This document shows positions 39,559 through 53,400 of a DNA stretch of 64,000 nt, one piece after another. The position numbers and the translations under genes are program-made. Position 1 is the stretch's first letter; each line of letters begins with the position of its first letter. The stretch is from Octopus sinensis (lineage: Eukaryota), in the NCBI RefSeq assembly GCF_006345805.1, contig NC_042998.1, forward strand, positions 89,342,001 to 89,406,000. The letters run 5' to 3'. The notes beneath the pieces were generated by a model. That model was not told the DNA's origin and made no database searches. It worked only from the letters and a program-made list of their open reading frames with translations.

Positions 39559-39561
<3 letters not shown>
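38814..39561 (+). mobile_element. R4/Dong-like non-LTR retrotransposon, 5'-truncated (CCHC knuckle + RLE endonuclease + 3'UTR)
   Basis: Peptides ETEGFLIAAQEQSLPTRNY, CRICGDGQETINHIISGC (CX2CX8HX4C), YIHRHD, ANRPDIVVRD, LIDVSIP and EKLSKYKDLEIE; followed by an (AAT)n tail. Confidence 0.92.
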
Positions 39562-39642
<81 letters not shown>

Positions 39643-39645
39643 GTA

Positions 39646-39699
<54 letters not shown>

Positions 39700-39726
39700 G
39701 TAATAATAATAATAATAATAATAATA
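39562..39726. repeat. (AAT)n microsatellite / retroelement tail
   Basis: Read directly from the sequence. Confidence 0.95.
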
Positions 39727-40033
39727 TGTGGACTATGAAGAGAGTCCTTGTCATCCCAATAGTTGTAGGGGCACTCGGAGCACTAACAATCAAGTTCGAG
39801 AAATATGTCAAAGAAATCGGAATTGATATAAGAGTAGAGCAAGTCTAAAACAGTTGCCCTGCTGGGGACAGCTAGGATTTCGAGATTGATACTAGGATGT
39901 TAAATATCTTCCACGATAATTAACAACCAATTATCAAAGTTTATAACGTGCGAAAAAAGACCCCTTGAGACCTCTGACAACAGGCGGCTGTCCGCTCTCA
40001 CAGAATCAACCAAAGTAAACAAGACCCCGCGCC
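39726..40033 (+). mobile_element. Second, different R4/Dong-like 3' fragment
   Basis: MWTMKRVLVIPIVVGALGALTIKFEKYVKEIGI...ALLGTARI matches the RLE C-terminus; the 3'UTR differs from that of the upstream element. Confidence 0.8.
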
Positions 40034-40249
40034 CTGAGAATTAAAACAACAACAAGTGAAAAAACCTTTTTCTTATTGCCACAAACATGGCCGAAGAGAG
40101 AGCATTACACGGACAGATTACAAAAATAATGTGTGTGTGTGTGTGGAGAGAGAGAGAGGGAGAGAGAGAGAGAGATTTATATCATAACCAAATGAAATGA
40201 AATGTAAAACGAGAACATTCTCAGTATATAAGATATGGTAATGTCCCAT

Positions 40250-41800
40250 AAGAAGGATCAATACACATAAAAAGAAAAACGTATGCCAAGGATTACAATA
40301 ACTAACACGAGTACAGATTCAGGCTGAGAGTAGGCCAAGTAATTCGAGCTATTTTTGACGCTCTCATCCATCTTTAAATAAATTTGTTTGAGGGTAGCAT
40401 CCCCTTCTGCATATTCAACTTCCTTCCTAAATGAAGCCTAAAAAATCGGCAAGAGCTTCACCGATAGCCGAATTCATTTTATGCCTGACAATTGTTGTTT
40501 CTGCAAAAACTCCACAGGTCAGAAGGTACAGGCGCTGAGCTACTGCATGCAGAACAGTTTCTCCACTTTACTCACCCTTTGGATGGACCCGATTGACAGA
40601 ACTACTGTGTCTGTAGAATTTATCTCAAATTTATCTCGAACCAACAATTCACCCTACCTGATAGTAGTGTTTATCTTGGTTAATCATACTTTCAAAGCTA
40701 AATGGCCTGCAGAAAAAGACCAGCCAGTTGATGTGAGGGCTTTCTCAAAGGGCATCATCACTTTTACGCACCAGTAACCATTTATAGATTTCAGCATTCA
40801 GGAGAGTCATGAGTCAGAAATTATCGATGAGATCTCCCTTGTACGTGCCCTTTATTATTATTACTGCTACTGCTCCCCAGCCCGCAAAGCTGGAGATTTT
40901 CCATTCTGATCCTAGTTAGGCTAGGTGTCTGCCAAGATGTCGGTGAACAATTCTGGCATACATACATAAAGATGGTGGGGCCGATCATCGAAGATGAGTG
41001 TGTCATCCTTCGACCAGCCATTTATCGCCAACTGTAAGTCAGTTGCTGTTATCTGAATTTGTGATTATGTGCTAGAACTGTCATTAAATTCTTTTATGGT
41101 TTCTGCAGTTCTGTCGTTGTTGCTACAATTATTAATTCTTCTGTTGCTGTTGATGTTCTGGTTTCTGATGCTTTTGCCTTTGATTCAAACTGCCGTTGTT
41201 GATGTCTGTTTTAGAGTTGTATTGTTATTTGTGGGATTACACACATAGAAACTGCTTCGTCTTGTCGCCCCTGTTTTAGGCAGAAGACTCTCGAGCCGTA
41301 AGTGGTGTCATCTGGGTTATCTGCTTTCCACCAAGACTTACAATTGCGTGCTCTTTGGGAAATCTTTTGATTCTTACTTCGTCAAGATTTTTGGATTGTA
41401 CTTGTATCGAGATTTCGGTACCAGTTTTCCTACCGCCTTTCCGTTACATGTTGTGTTATGTCTTATTCCTCTAGAACAACGCATGCCGTAGGCTACCGCA
41501 TGATCAATTCTGTCAACACATCCAACACATTCATGTTCGCAGCTTTTTCTTTCTCACACGGGTCAGTGGAATGCTCCTGAAAGTGAACTTCTGAGAGGAC
41601 TTCCGAATCCACCCTCCCATAACATCTTGCACATATGTCATGGTCAAGGTCAATCCATATCCCTGTACCCTTTTAAAATACTCAGCCTTGACATCCCTTT
41701 CCACGGGCTGAATCTTAATCATACTGCACTGGGGTAGAACCATCCCTCGGGTGGTTTTCTCCAAGTGCTCTGAAGACATGATCATATACGGTCGTATATC
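40250..41800 (-). mobile_element. Possible decayed, internally deleted L1/Tx1-like element
   Basis: Minus-strand FFRLHLGRKLNMQKGMLPSNKFI*RWMRASKIARI resembles Tx1 ORF2 C-termini, and the upstream part looks ORF1-like. Support is weak. Confidence 0.4.
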
Positions 41801-42920
41801 CGCAGCACGTTTTGAAGTATCCCAAATAAGTTAACTTTTCTTCTAGGTAGTTATGTTTGATTAATTTCGTTACTCTTGCAAAAGGCACAAACTCTTCAAT
41901 ATTATTGCTCTAATATTCATGCTTCTGCTGTTGTCAGAGTTAGTGTTTCTGGCATAAACACTTAGTGTGGAAATAATTTGTAACATTGTCACAAGGCCAC
42001 AAAATATTTTACGATTTAATTGATCACTGGTGCTATTGAATCCGAAATAAAGGCAAAGTCGAACTCACCAGATTTTGAATTTAGGACATAAATCTTAACA
42101 ATGATAAAACTAAATAAACCATATTCTGCGATATTGATACATTCTGTTTTCATTACGTTCAGATGCTTTACCAATAAGCATTTTATGAGCGTGCATATTA
42201 GCCCCCACCTTTTTTGGTTTACTTCGCTTTCAATTTCTATGCAATCTTATTTTTAACAGTTGCCAGAAATAGATATTTCATTTACTTCACTTGTTCAAAC
42301 ACCAGTTTTCGCATATATTCCTTGATATTTTTATTACATGAAGCCTGAAGCTCTCTCAATTTCAAAGGTTTCACTAACATATATGTCAAGCAATACCGAA
42401 TTATATACCCACCGGGCTCTTCAAGTAGAAATGGTTTAATATTATGTTAAGATCTATCTCTTGTAAAATTCTTCAACATTCTAAAATTTCTGTCTAAAAT
42501 TCAAGTCCTGAGAATATTTTTCCCACGGCAAATTTCTATCAATTTAACAAACTCTTGCCTTTATATATTTATATATATGTATAGCATACGCCCCCACACA
42601 TACGCTCAAACCCCCAGATATATATAGGCATACGATATGCACACAGACATACAAGTCGCTATCATGTAACGCAACAGAAAAAATATATGCATCAGAAACA
42701 AATCCTATTGAAAAGAGAACTAGATAAATAGACAAATAAATAGATAGATGGATAGAGGGAGAGAGAGGAATAATTATACAACTTAAAATATCTAGTCATT
42801 TTTTTTTTCAGCCTTAAAAGTATTTAATTTGTTCAAATCCTCAACAACATCTATTGCTATATAGAAATTGGAATATAAATATATCTCCTTTCATACAAAT
42901 TCTTCAGTTAAAAAGATCTA

Positions 42921-44022
42921 CAGATTGAGTAAAAAGTAAGCAACGTTTTAAACCATGAAGAATTTGTACCGGACTTTTGCAGAGTTTTGAATTTTTTTTA
43001 GACATTTGTTTTCTTTTCTTTTTTGCAATTGTCCGATAATACAGACATAGACTACTCCAAATGCATCAATAAATTAACACTGATATTTTTTTCACAGTTG
43101 TTACAATAGAACTGTCAAAGCGCGATATTCGAACAATTTTGCCATTCAACTTCGAAAAAGAACGTAAAACAACTGAAACTGCTCGCGATATCAACGAAAC
43201 GTTTGGTGAGGAAATGACCAGAGAGTGGTCAGCTCGAAAATGGTTTAAACGATTTCGCAGTGGCGACCTGAGACTTGAAAATCGTGAGCATAATGGATGC
43301 CCATCTCTCATTGATGAGGATCAGTTAAAGTGGTCAATTAAAGACCGTCATTGAGAAAGATCCACGTAAAGCCACTCGAAAGATGGCAAAATAACTTCAA
43401 ATTAGCCAGAAAACTGCCTGAAAACATTTGCATGCGATCGGAAAATCAAAAAAGCTCGACAAAGGGTACCACTCAATTTGAATGAAAATCATAAAATGCA
43501 CAGATATGAAATTTGCTCGTCGATTCTTCTCTGTAACTAGACCGATCCATTTCCCGACTGTATTGTAACTTGCGATGAAAAGTGGATTCTACACAATAAT
43601 AAAAAACCAGTCCCAGACTGGTCAACAGAAGAGGGTCAATCATTCTCCATGACAATGCTCGACCACACGTTTCACTAATGACACTCTTGAAGTTGATGGA
43701 ACATGGCTACGAAGTTCTTTCCCACCCAGCTTATTCCTCAGACCTTTCTCCGACCGACTATCAATTTTCCAAGCACCTTGATGGTTTCCTGCGAGAGAAG
43801 GAGTTTAAAAATCAAACCGATGCTGAAAGTGAGTTCAAAGAGTTTATCAGCTCTAAAACTCCAGATTTTTATGTTACCGGAAAAAAACAAACGTGTAACT
43901 CATTGGCAAATATGTGTTGATTGTAATGGTACTTACTTTGATGATTAAAATTTCCGCATTCTTGAAATATATTGTGATGAATTTCATGTTTCAAAACGTT
44001 GTTTACTTTTTACTCAGCCTGA
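42921..44022 (+). mobile_element. Mariner transposon (Hsmar1/SETMAR-transposase-like), disrupted and internally deleted
   Basis: ~38-bp TIRs (CAGATTGAGTAAAAAGTAAGCAACGTTTT.. / ..AAAACGTTGTTTACTTTTTACTCAGCCTGA) with TA flanks. Peptides ETARDINETFGEE..RKWFKRFRSGD, IVTCDEKWILHNN, LHDNARPH and HPAYSSDLSPTDY. Confidence 0.93.
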
Positions 44023-44131
44023 TATATATTCAGAAGTATTCCATGAAAAGATCAGAATCATATCCGGAGAAACACATTCATATACATAATCTGCTAAGTT
44101 TTGAATAACATTCTTTGCCTATATACTGTCT

Positions 44132-44145
44132 CATCTATCTATCTA

Positions 44146-44209
<64 letters not shown>

Positions 44210-44225
44210 CCTACCTACCTACTAC

Positions 44226-44256
<31 letters not shown>

Positions 44257-44311
44257 CCTACCTATCTATCTATCTACTATCTATCTATCTACCTACCTAT
44301 CTATCTATCTA

Positions 44312-44373
<62 letters not shown>

Positions 44374-44411
44374 GTCTGTCAATCTACCTACCTACCTACC
44401 TACCTACTTAC

Positions 44412-44486
<75 letters not shown>

Positions 44487-44537
44487 ACTATCTATCTATC
44501 TATCTATCAATCTACTTACCTACCTACCTACTTACCA

Positions 44538-44628
<91 letters not shown>
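44132..44628. repeat. (TCTA)n/(CCTA)n microsatellite
   Basis: Read directly; explains the YLSI ORFs. Confidence 0.95.
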
Positions 44629-44629
<1 letters not shown>

Positions 44630-45210
44630 GAAAACTTCCAGAAGGAAGCAAGGTCTAGAATTAAAGGGCCTTAGAGTTAATTTAGCAAAAACCAAAGTTT
44701 TGATAAATATTAAAGCGGATAAGTCACAAATCCCTTCTGATGGATGGCCCTGCTCGATTTATAGAAAAAGCGTAGGTAGAAACTTCAGTCTATGCGTGTA
44801 GCAGATGCACAGGTACAATAAATACTAGAAATGTAAACAAACAAATGCCATATTGTATACCTGGAACTAGTTGATAACTTCTGTTATCTAGGTGACCAAG
44901 TCAACAATAGAGGTGAGTGCTCCGAGATCGTAGCTGCTAGAATAAGAATAGGCTGGATAAAGTTCAGCGAGCTTCTACCTCTGTTTGTAACAAAGAGCCT
45001 CTCCCCCAGAATGAAAAGCATACTATGTTGCCTGTGTGCGAACAGCCATGCTCCACGGAAATGAAGCGTGATCTGTAACCGTAGGGGACATGTGATGGCT
45101 TGAAAGAAATGAAGCTAGTATTCTTCACTGGATATACAATGTGAGTGTGCATGAGCAACAGAGCGTGTCTTGAGAGAAAAATTGAGCATAAGAAGCATCA
45201 GATGTGGTGT
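44630..45210 (+). mobile_element. RTE-X-like LINE fragment (post-RT region)
   Basis: Peptides [61 protein letters not shown] and ACVRTAMLHG. Confidence 0.8.
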
Positions 45211-45366
45211 CTATGAATGTGTAATATATACGTGTGTATAGATACATATATCTATATGTGTGTGTGTATGTGTGTGTGTGTGTGTGCAAATATATTTATA
45301 TCAATATCTATGCATACATACACACATACATTTGTGCATACATGGAACAACATCGTGTAACAAACA

Positions 45367-45404
<38 letters not shown>

Positions 45405-45772
45405 AAGATATGCAGATATGTAGTAAAGAGAATAGGGTTTGAATGCATATTTTACTTTTCTCCACGATGATATTAGACAAGTAGAACAAGTTTGGAACGA
45501 TCTTAATTTTATTCAACACGGCCGTCCATTTTCTATCCTCACAGCTTCCTTTCAATGAGAAATGCGTGTCTGCACTTGTGCATGCATTTAAAAACCCAGT
45601 CATTAATATTTACTTTTGAGATAACATGAGGGAACTAGAAACTCAGAGCAAATCAGTGTTTTGGGGTTTGGGTTGCCAAATAAAAATACAACGTGACAGT
45701 TCAGTAGTAAATATGATCTATGATTCTATCAGATCCAATCAAACATAAATAATAAACTAAATAAATATATAA

Positions 45773-45980
45773 TCCTTTCTGCTGTTGGCACCAGGCCTGA
45801 AATTTTTCGGGAATGGGGTTAGTCGATTACATTGACCCTCAGTGCTGAACTGGTACTTATTTTATCGACTCCTAAAGGATGAATGGCAAAGTCGACCTCG
45901 GCAGAACTTGAACTCAAAACATAAAGCCGGAAAGAAAAGCCCCGAAGTATTTTGGTTCGCGTACTAACGATTCTGCCAGA
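45773..45980 (-). mobile_element. SINE family A copy
   Basis: Reverse-complement homology to 4675-4886. Confidence 0.8.
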
Positions 45981-46199
45981 CAAAATGAAAGAATGAGAGG
46001 ATAAACAGACAACAGAGCTGTATTTCTATTAAGAGTATGCAAGTATTGTCCTCCAAACTTTTGAATTTCACTTGATCCACATATGATATTTATTTCGGTT
46101 CCTACTTCATAGGTCCTTCAACAAATCTAGTAGATACCTATTGTGAGGTAAAATTTGAAATTATTTGAAATGGAGGATCTTTTCTTTTTTTTTTTAATT

Positions 46200-46247
46200 T
46201 TTATCTAGTTTCAGCTCACAAGCTGTGGCCATGCTGGGGCACCGCCA
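46200..46247 (-). mobile_element. Isolated SINE/LINE 3' tail fragment
   Basis: GTTTCAGC...GTGGCCATGCTGGGGCACCGCC resembles the family B tail at ~12880-12920. Confidence 0.55.
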
Positions 46248-47404
46248 TTTTCTGTTTGACTTTCACTTTTCAATTCCTTCAATTTTGTTCCAAATGATTT
46301 CAAATTTGGTGTATTGATGTAATATTGTATGCTAACTAGGGAAATGAAATTCATTTTTGCCTTACATTAATCAATAAAAAGCTAAAAGCTTTGCATATTT
46401 TGTGTAATTTTAGCCAAAGTAACAAGCCAAGCTGTTGTGTAGTCTGTTTACCTGTCTGAGCCAACTCGTACAACCTTTCATATATGATGGAGAAATTGAA
46501 ACCCGTGGAGAATGCGGTTGATCATACAGACCTATGGTCAAAAGGAGCATTCTAATACTGAATGACCCACAGTTTTAGAGGCATCTAGTATGTCTTCCCT
46601 CATTTTATGACGTTTGGGAGGAGATTTAACTGCCTTTTCCAGCAGTTTGGTCGTTGCATAAACTGAACTACAGTTTGTTCTTTTGCAGTTTAAAGTTTCA
46701 AGCTACAAAACATTTTAAAAAATGAATTTAAGTGCAGTTTGTGTGTGTGTATGCTTGTAATTTAATGTTCAGTTTCAGTTTTTATTTTATTTATTATTCA
46801 TTTTTTTTTGTAATGTTTCGTATTACATGTCTGTTCCAATAGTTCACATGACTTTATTCATTAAAACTTATCAAAACTTCCACAGCTGAATGTTTTGTCG
46901 TTGTACCGTTGTCACCAGTCATATTGTTGTCATCAGTCGTCGTAATGCTGTCATCACGCACAAAATGCTAGCTTCTAAATCCTGTTTTCTGATTATGTAA
47001 AAGTTATCAACCTTTAAATCTCTGTAACATTTTTCTAAAATTTTTCTGGAACAAGTCAATAACAAATCAGATTCAACGTGAAAAGTTTACGGTTTTGCAG
47101 ATGATACACTACTAATTTGAACAATCGGTCATTTGGGAATATATCTCAATACTTTCAATTTCTTTTTCTTTTTCTTTTGATTCTCAAGCTTTACTATGTT
47201 GACTCTGAATTATTAGCTAAATTCAAACTGGATTTCATTGGTAGCAACTATTGTAGTTGCTTTCATGGGATGCGCCAACTTTATTATAAGAAGCGATCAA
47301 CTTTCAAAAGTAATATCCGAGTTTTAAATTAATTGTTCGGTTTTTAAGGTAAAATATATATAAAAAAGTTATAAGCGTCATTTTGTGTGTGTGCGAGAGA
47401 GAGA

Positions 47405-47439
<35 letters not shown>

Positions 47440-48437
47440 AGAGGCAGAGAAAGAGAAGAGAGAGTGAGAGGCAGAGAAAGAGCTGAACAGAGAAACATGC
47501 AAACTGGCGACATTTATTAAAGCTTTCTCAATTCACCGTACCATCTTGAAAAGGGACGAACACATGGACGCATGAGAAAATATATTCATATACAGATATA
47601 CTAATCTGGGAAATGGACAGGAAGCTCATGACCAGAATGTTTTTGATCATGGGTTTGCTATATTAAAACTGACCTTAGGTAAAACAAAAGCAACAGTAAC
47701 AAGAACTACAAGCAGTGAACATGCTTTCCTTATCAGTCAATAGCTAACTGTATACAAATCGTATAAAGCCGACAAATTCAATTTTAAATATTCCAGACAT
47801 CCATAAACTGTTCATTAACCCATTGAGTTTCAGTGCTTAAAATATAGGATCAAATATTCATATTCTTCCATAACATGTTGACACGAATTCTTTGAAAAAA
47901 ATGTTGAAAATCTAAATTGCGTTACCGACTCATTACGCTACGGTCATGTCTTGTGCTCAATTTATAATTTACATTATAGCATATCATTTATAGTATATCA
48001 GCCCAACTATAGCATATTAAGTCGCATGCATAGAAACCAACGAAACAGTCGATGTGATCTTAAATCACACCCTATTGTTTTTTTTTAAATGAAGGATACG
48101 AAGGCAAAATTTGTACTAAAATTTAAGTTCCCAATTTGCAATAATTGAGGGGATTTATTATTGAAGTTACATCATGATTATGTCTGATTTTGTGTTAACT
48201 ATAATAATAACGACACGTATTTACTTACTCAACACTCTAACTTTAGTACATCATTGTCGTCCTCAATGTATTTCGAACTCAAAATCTGCGAGTTTGAACT
48301 AAATCGCGTTCTTCTCTTGTCTTGGGAAATAAACTCCCCACCGATGTTAAGTAATAAAAATTGTGTGTGTCTGTGTGTCTGTCTGTGTGTATGTGTGTCT
48401 GTGTGTATGTGTGTCTGTGTGTATGTGTGTCTGTGTA

Positions 48438-48472
<35 letters not shown>

Positions 48473-50373
48473 CTTTATTGGTTATCTTATATTCGGTAAT
48501 CATGAATGCAATTGTAAATCACTTGTTAGTGTAAACAATATAGTCATTGTATAAGATGCATAATATTTCAAAACAAACTGCATGTGACACAGAAAAAACA
48601 AAACTCCAACGCTCTATAAATTATATATTATGTAAAGAGAATTAGTATACTTCTGTGTATAACAAACGAATCACGCGGTCTGGTCTCTAAAAACATTTTC
48701 ATTAAATGAATAGACAGGCCTTTCGTATTTATCTGCAGTTCGGTGCAATTTACTCCTACTCTGACAAATATACTAGCATATAAATGTGAATTTCTGAATC
48801 ACAGAATATATTACACAACTGGAAATTATTTTAGGTATTAGTTTTTTCTGTTATACGGCTAGCAAATCATCTTGGATGTTAAACATTTTAACGGAAAACT
48901 AAAAGGAGGGGAATAATGTTTATCACCATCTAAATGGAGAGGATATTAAAGAATCGATGAATTTTCGTCCTAGAACTATACTGATTAGATTAATATGAAT
49001 TATAACGTTTAAAATGTAGGGGTGAAGACATAGGCGTCTGTTGAAGAAATTCACTTCTCAGTCGTATATTTCACATATATTTCACTATGGTATCGAGCCG
49101 ATGCTTCTCACTCTCTCTGCCCACTGCTCATGTATATACATATGTGTGCGTGTTTTGGGGGAAGGGGAGTAAGGAATGACCAAACAAAATCGATGTCATG
49201 AATAAAGATAATAAATGAACTAAGTGGTGAGGTCGAAATAATTGTCTAAAACCCTTGAAGTAGATGTTCTAGTATAGTCACAACCTGAAGATAGAAGTGA
49301 AGCATTAGAATTACAAAACGATTTTATCCAGTCAGGCTTTTCCTATAATGAATTGCAATACATATGGAATCCTGACGTTAAATCTGACACAATCCATCTA
49401 TCGCTTAACACGACTACATAGCTCTCTGATGCCTTTAGCGTGGTCTATTATGTTGTAAGCAGGCCTCTAGTCTAAGAACAACTGTCTCTCTGATTCCCCA
49501 AAATCAGGGAGGCCCTTAAAATACTCATAGGAACTGCTTCTCTTCATATTACTATGCCATTAAAAGCATCAATTTTATGTGTTAGCAAGGACAAGTGTAT
49601 CTGATAGGACATCTGATAAATAATCCAATACTATTAATTGTGGCATATACGGCTGGTCTCTTTTGCAAACGAAACAAAAATAACGGACGAAAAGCTTAAA
49701 GAAAAACTGAGATCACAAAAAAAACAAAATGAAGCAAAAATACATGTTAGAACTGAAAAGATAATTGATATGAGTGGGAAGAGAACGCATTGCAGGATGT
49801 GACATAATTCAACAGTATCAACAAACGGCAACATCAAATATAACAACGACTCTATATTCCATACATAAAAAAAGGTTTTAAATATTACTAAATAAATAAA
49901 ATAAAATAACACGAAGATTTATGGAACTTTCCACTCGCTTGAAATTCAATGATACCATCTATCATGGGTCAGCATTTTCCCAAGTGAAAATAAATTATGA
50001 ATTTTAGATCATGTGGGTGTCTGTTCAGTGGGTGTTTGAAGGTCTATTGGCTGCAGACAAACAACATGTATGTACATAGGAGGCATGCACGTATATACAC
50101 TATACACAGTTTCATACACTGTCTCACAGAAATACAAGTGCATCTCACTCTCTCCACCTCCGTTCATGTGTGTATGTATATATGTGTGTGTATAGATATA
50201 ATATATGCGTATGTAATGTATGTTTATGTATTTATGTATATGTGTGTGTATGTATGTGTGTCGGTATTTATGTATGTGTGCAAGTATTTATGCATGTATG
50301 TATAAACAGTAAACCTAATCTATAAAAGCAATAAAACAACATTAACTTAATATTATATGACACATGATATACA

Positions 50374-50429
<56 letters not shown>

Positions 50430-53400
50430 TATACATATACACACACATACATACATACATGCATATATACATATATACATGCATACATGGAGCGGCATCA
50501 TGTGACAAAGAGGGATTTAAAAGACATGCAGAGATGTATATAGCTCTACAAATACGAAAGATGTTATATGACATACCGAGATGTTAAATAGTTATAAATA
50601 AATAGATATAAACAAGCTACACAGTAAATAATTATACTTATACATGAATATAGATAAGTGAACATAAAAGAAATCAATCAATGCAACTCATCCACAAACG
50701 GGGGTGGGGCGGAGGAAACCCACTACCTGGATTTCATCAGCTAACGGGTGGTCCTGATTATACCTCATTTCATATGTACTTAAAATTTTCAGGTAGAAAA
50801 GTGTTCTTGAACAATTGAAATATGGATCGAACGAAAATGGTCTCACATAATCGAAGCCCGACGACGCATTTATTTTTTCAAATTGTTCAGAAACTTCTTG
50901 ATGGCAAACCAAAAGATTGAGGGTTCCATAAATACTTTTCTTCAGCGGGGTGGTGGGGAGTATAGTATCTTTTCTCTCCTCACCCTGTTGATCTGGTCAG
51001 TTTATCACGTCTGCACGTTCTCCATTTGCTCCGACAACTTCTTACGATTAAGGGATGGTACTTCAGGTCGTAGTCAGAGTGGCTACAGTTAATGGTCTTT
51101 TCGTCTATTCCTGGGACTGAGGATGTTGCGATTTATTTCACTATACTCAGAGTTACAACTTGGGATGCGCTTGAAACATTAACTTCAGGGGCTTGCTCTT
51201 GCTGTCTCCATTATTGTTTGCCTTTTCTTTCCTTCTGCCTTTCCAGTTCCTCTGGGCGAAAAGCCTCAAATGAATTTTTACTTTTCCACAACTAAGCTTT
51301 TGCCTATGCACCACCATTTTTTATCATTTTCACTCTGCAGGCAAAGCGGTCTGATTGTTATGTGATCTTAGGGTGTCATCAGTATCTGAATGTTTATGCA
51401 AATTTTCAGCCAAACATAGCTCATTCCGTATCATCTCGGCGCTTACTACCTTTTCGTACAGTGCCTAAAAGTCAATGATGAGCCAAAGATTAATGCAGTC
51501 ATTTATATCTCCTTCTGTGATCCTTTTGTTACACCATTCCATACATAACGGAACCAGCTTATAATCACGCATGTGAAGCATACAGTCTGTTTTTAGTCAT
51601 GGTCTCAGCTTTAGTATCAATGATTAGGGATGCATTTCCATTTATTCATATATCAATGGCGCATTCATTGTCTAAAGCTTCCTTGTTTCTTTGGATGTAT
51701 ATGGATATTTATTCTAAGATCTTCGTGAAGCAGAAGTGTGTCACCTTTGTATACTGTTAGATAATTTCTCAGGCAAGGAGCCAAACATATCATCATCACA
51801 CTTCTTTATTTCACAGAATTTGACCCAAGGATAATGCATCCGTATAGTATTTTATACTGAAAGGAGCTTAAAAATATTAACAAATTTTTCTTCAATATCG
51901 TAGAAGTTTATAACCTTCCCTCATGTATGTTGACATTGCGATAAGGTAAAGATTATAGGATAATTGCCTGTATTGCTAGAGAGCTACACTTAATACTATA
52001 CAGTATTTATTTGCATACCTTTCCACTTTCATTTCATATTCTAACAGGGGTTTGATTTCAACTTGTTCTTCACAGTCGATAAAATAAGTACCAGTCAAGT
52101 AGTGTGAATGTTAGAAATTCCTTTTACTGCAGTTGAGTGGTAGAAGCAGTAGAGTACCAGAATAATGTCTTAGGGTATGTGATTAGCCCCCTTTCAAATG
52201 ACCCCGAAGTTAATACTTTCTTTTCGCTCATCCGGTGTCGATAAATAAATACTAATTTTACAAAAATGTTCCAACAACATGACCCTTTTGGTAAAGTAAG
52301 AAATTATAATTAACTGTAATTGTATTTTAGATGAAAAGCAATATATTTTCATTCTAAAATTAATAATTAACAAATAAAGTATTTTATTTCTTTCTTACTT
52401 CATTAAATTAGTGGTTTTTCATGAATTTTCACATTTGTAGTAGTAGACAAACTGTAATTGTATAGCCTACAGAAAATCGGCATTACATCAACAAGGCTTG
52501 TATTTCAATGTTATATTTCCTGTTATGCTTCTGCATACATTTGTCTGTCTTCAAGGACAGTTGTTAAATATTGTCTCCAGTCATGACGAAAGCAACGTTT
52601 ACTTAAAATCTGGGTCTCAGAAAAATCTGTTTATACGATGCTTTAAGAAAAACACGTATCTATATATAAAGGAGGGTGAATGTGTAGTATAAATTATATT
52701 AAACAGATTCTAGTTAGCTGAAAATGGAATATGAGTAAAAGAATTAGTGGGAAAATATTTGTGACAGTTCCTTAAAACATTAACTAGTCATGCTGATAGA
52801 ACATCCGCTTAAATTTCTATTAGCTTACTTTGACATGGTCGAGCGTTAATTCGACGCCTAAGTAAAAACGTATAGACGGGTAATAAATAAAAAATTGTAT
52901 ACGCTATAACCACTCGGACACTTCAAATCTACTTCTGAAAATACGGTTAATAAATAGGATACAGTTTGGTGTTCGTTAGTGTCTTCAATTTCTTACATAA
53001 TTTTTCAGTCAAAATGAAGAGAAACGATGCGTAACAAGTCACTTTTTTTGACATCCGCAAGATTTTTCGCTCATTATTTTTAATGGCGGTAATAAACGTG
53101 AAGTTACTTCATAATAATATGGAAAGCTCTCTCCTTCCGGCAGCCTGTACGTTTTGAAGTGAAATATTTGAATGTTTTCTCAGTAAATATCAGGCAAAAA
53201 TGATGCCGTACACTGATAAATAATTGGAAAAAAATAGGCGTTGGATTAAATTCCCTCACCAAGTATAATGGTTGTTTTGTTCGATATAAATCTTATTGTG
53301 TTTAGCATTTCCATTTCGTGAGTCACTATTTTTATCATTTTGTTCTTTGTATAGTCTCCTTTTAATTATATATTACTTTCATTCTTTTTACATTTCTTGT

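Noticed and set aside
50680-51800. Possible decayed minus-strand LINE
   Set aside because: Only faint resemblance to RTE-type motifs; cannot be supported without a profile search.
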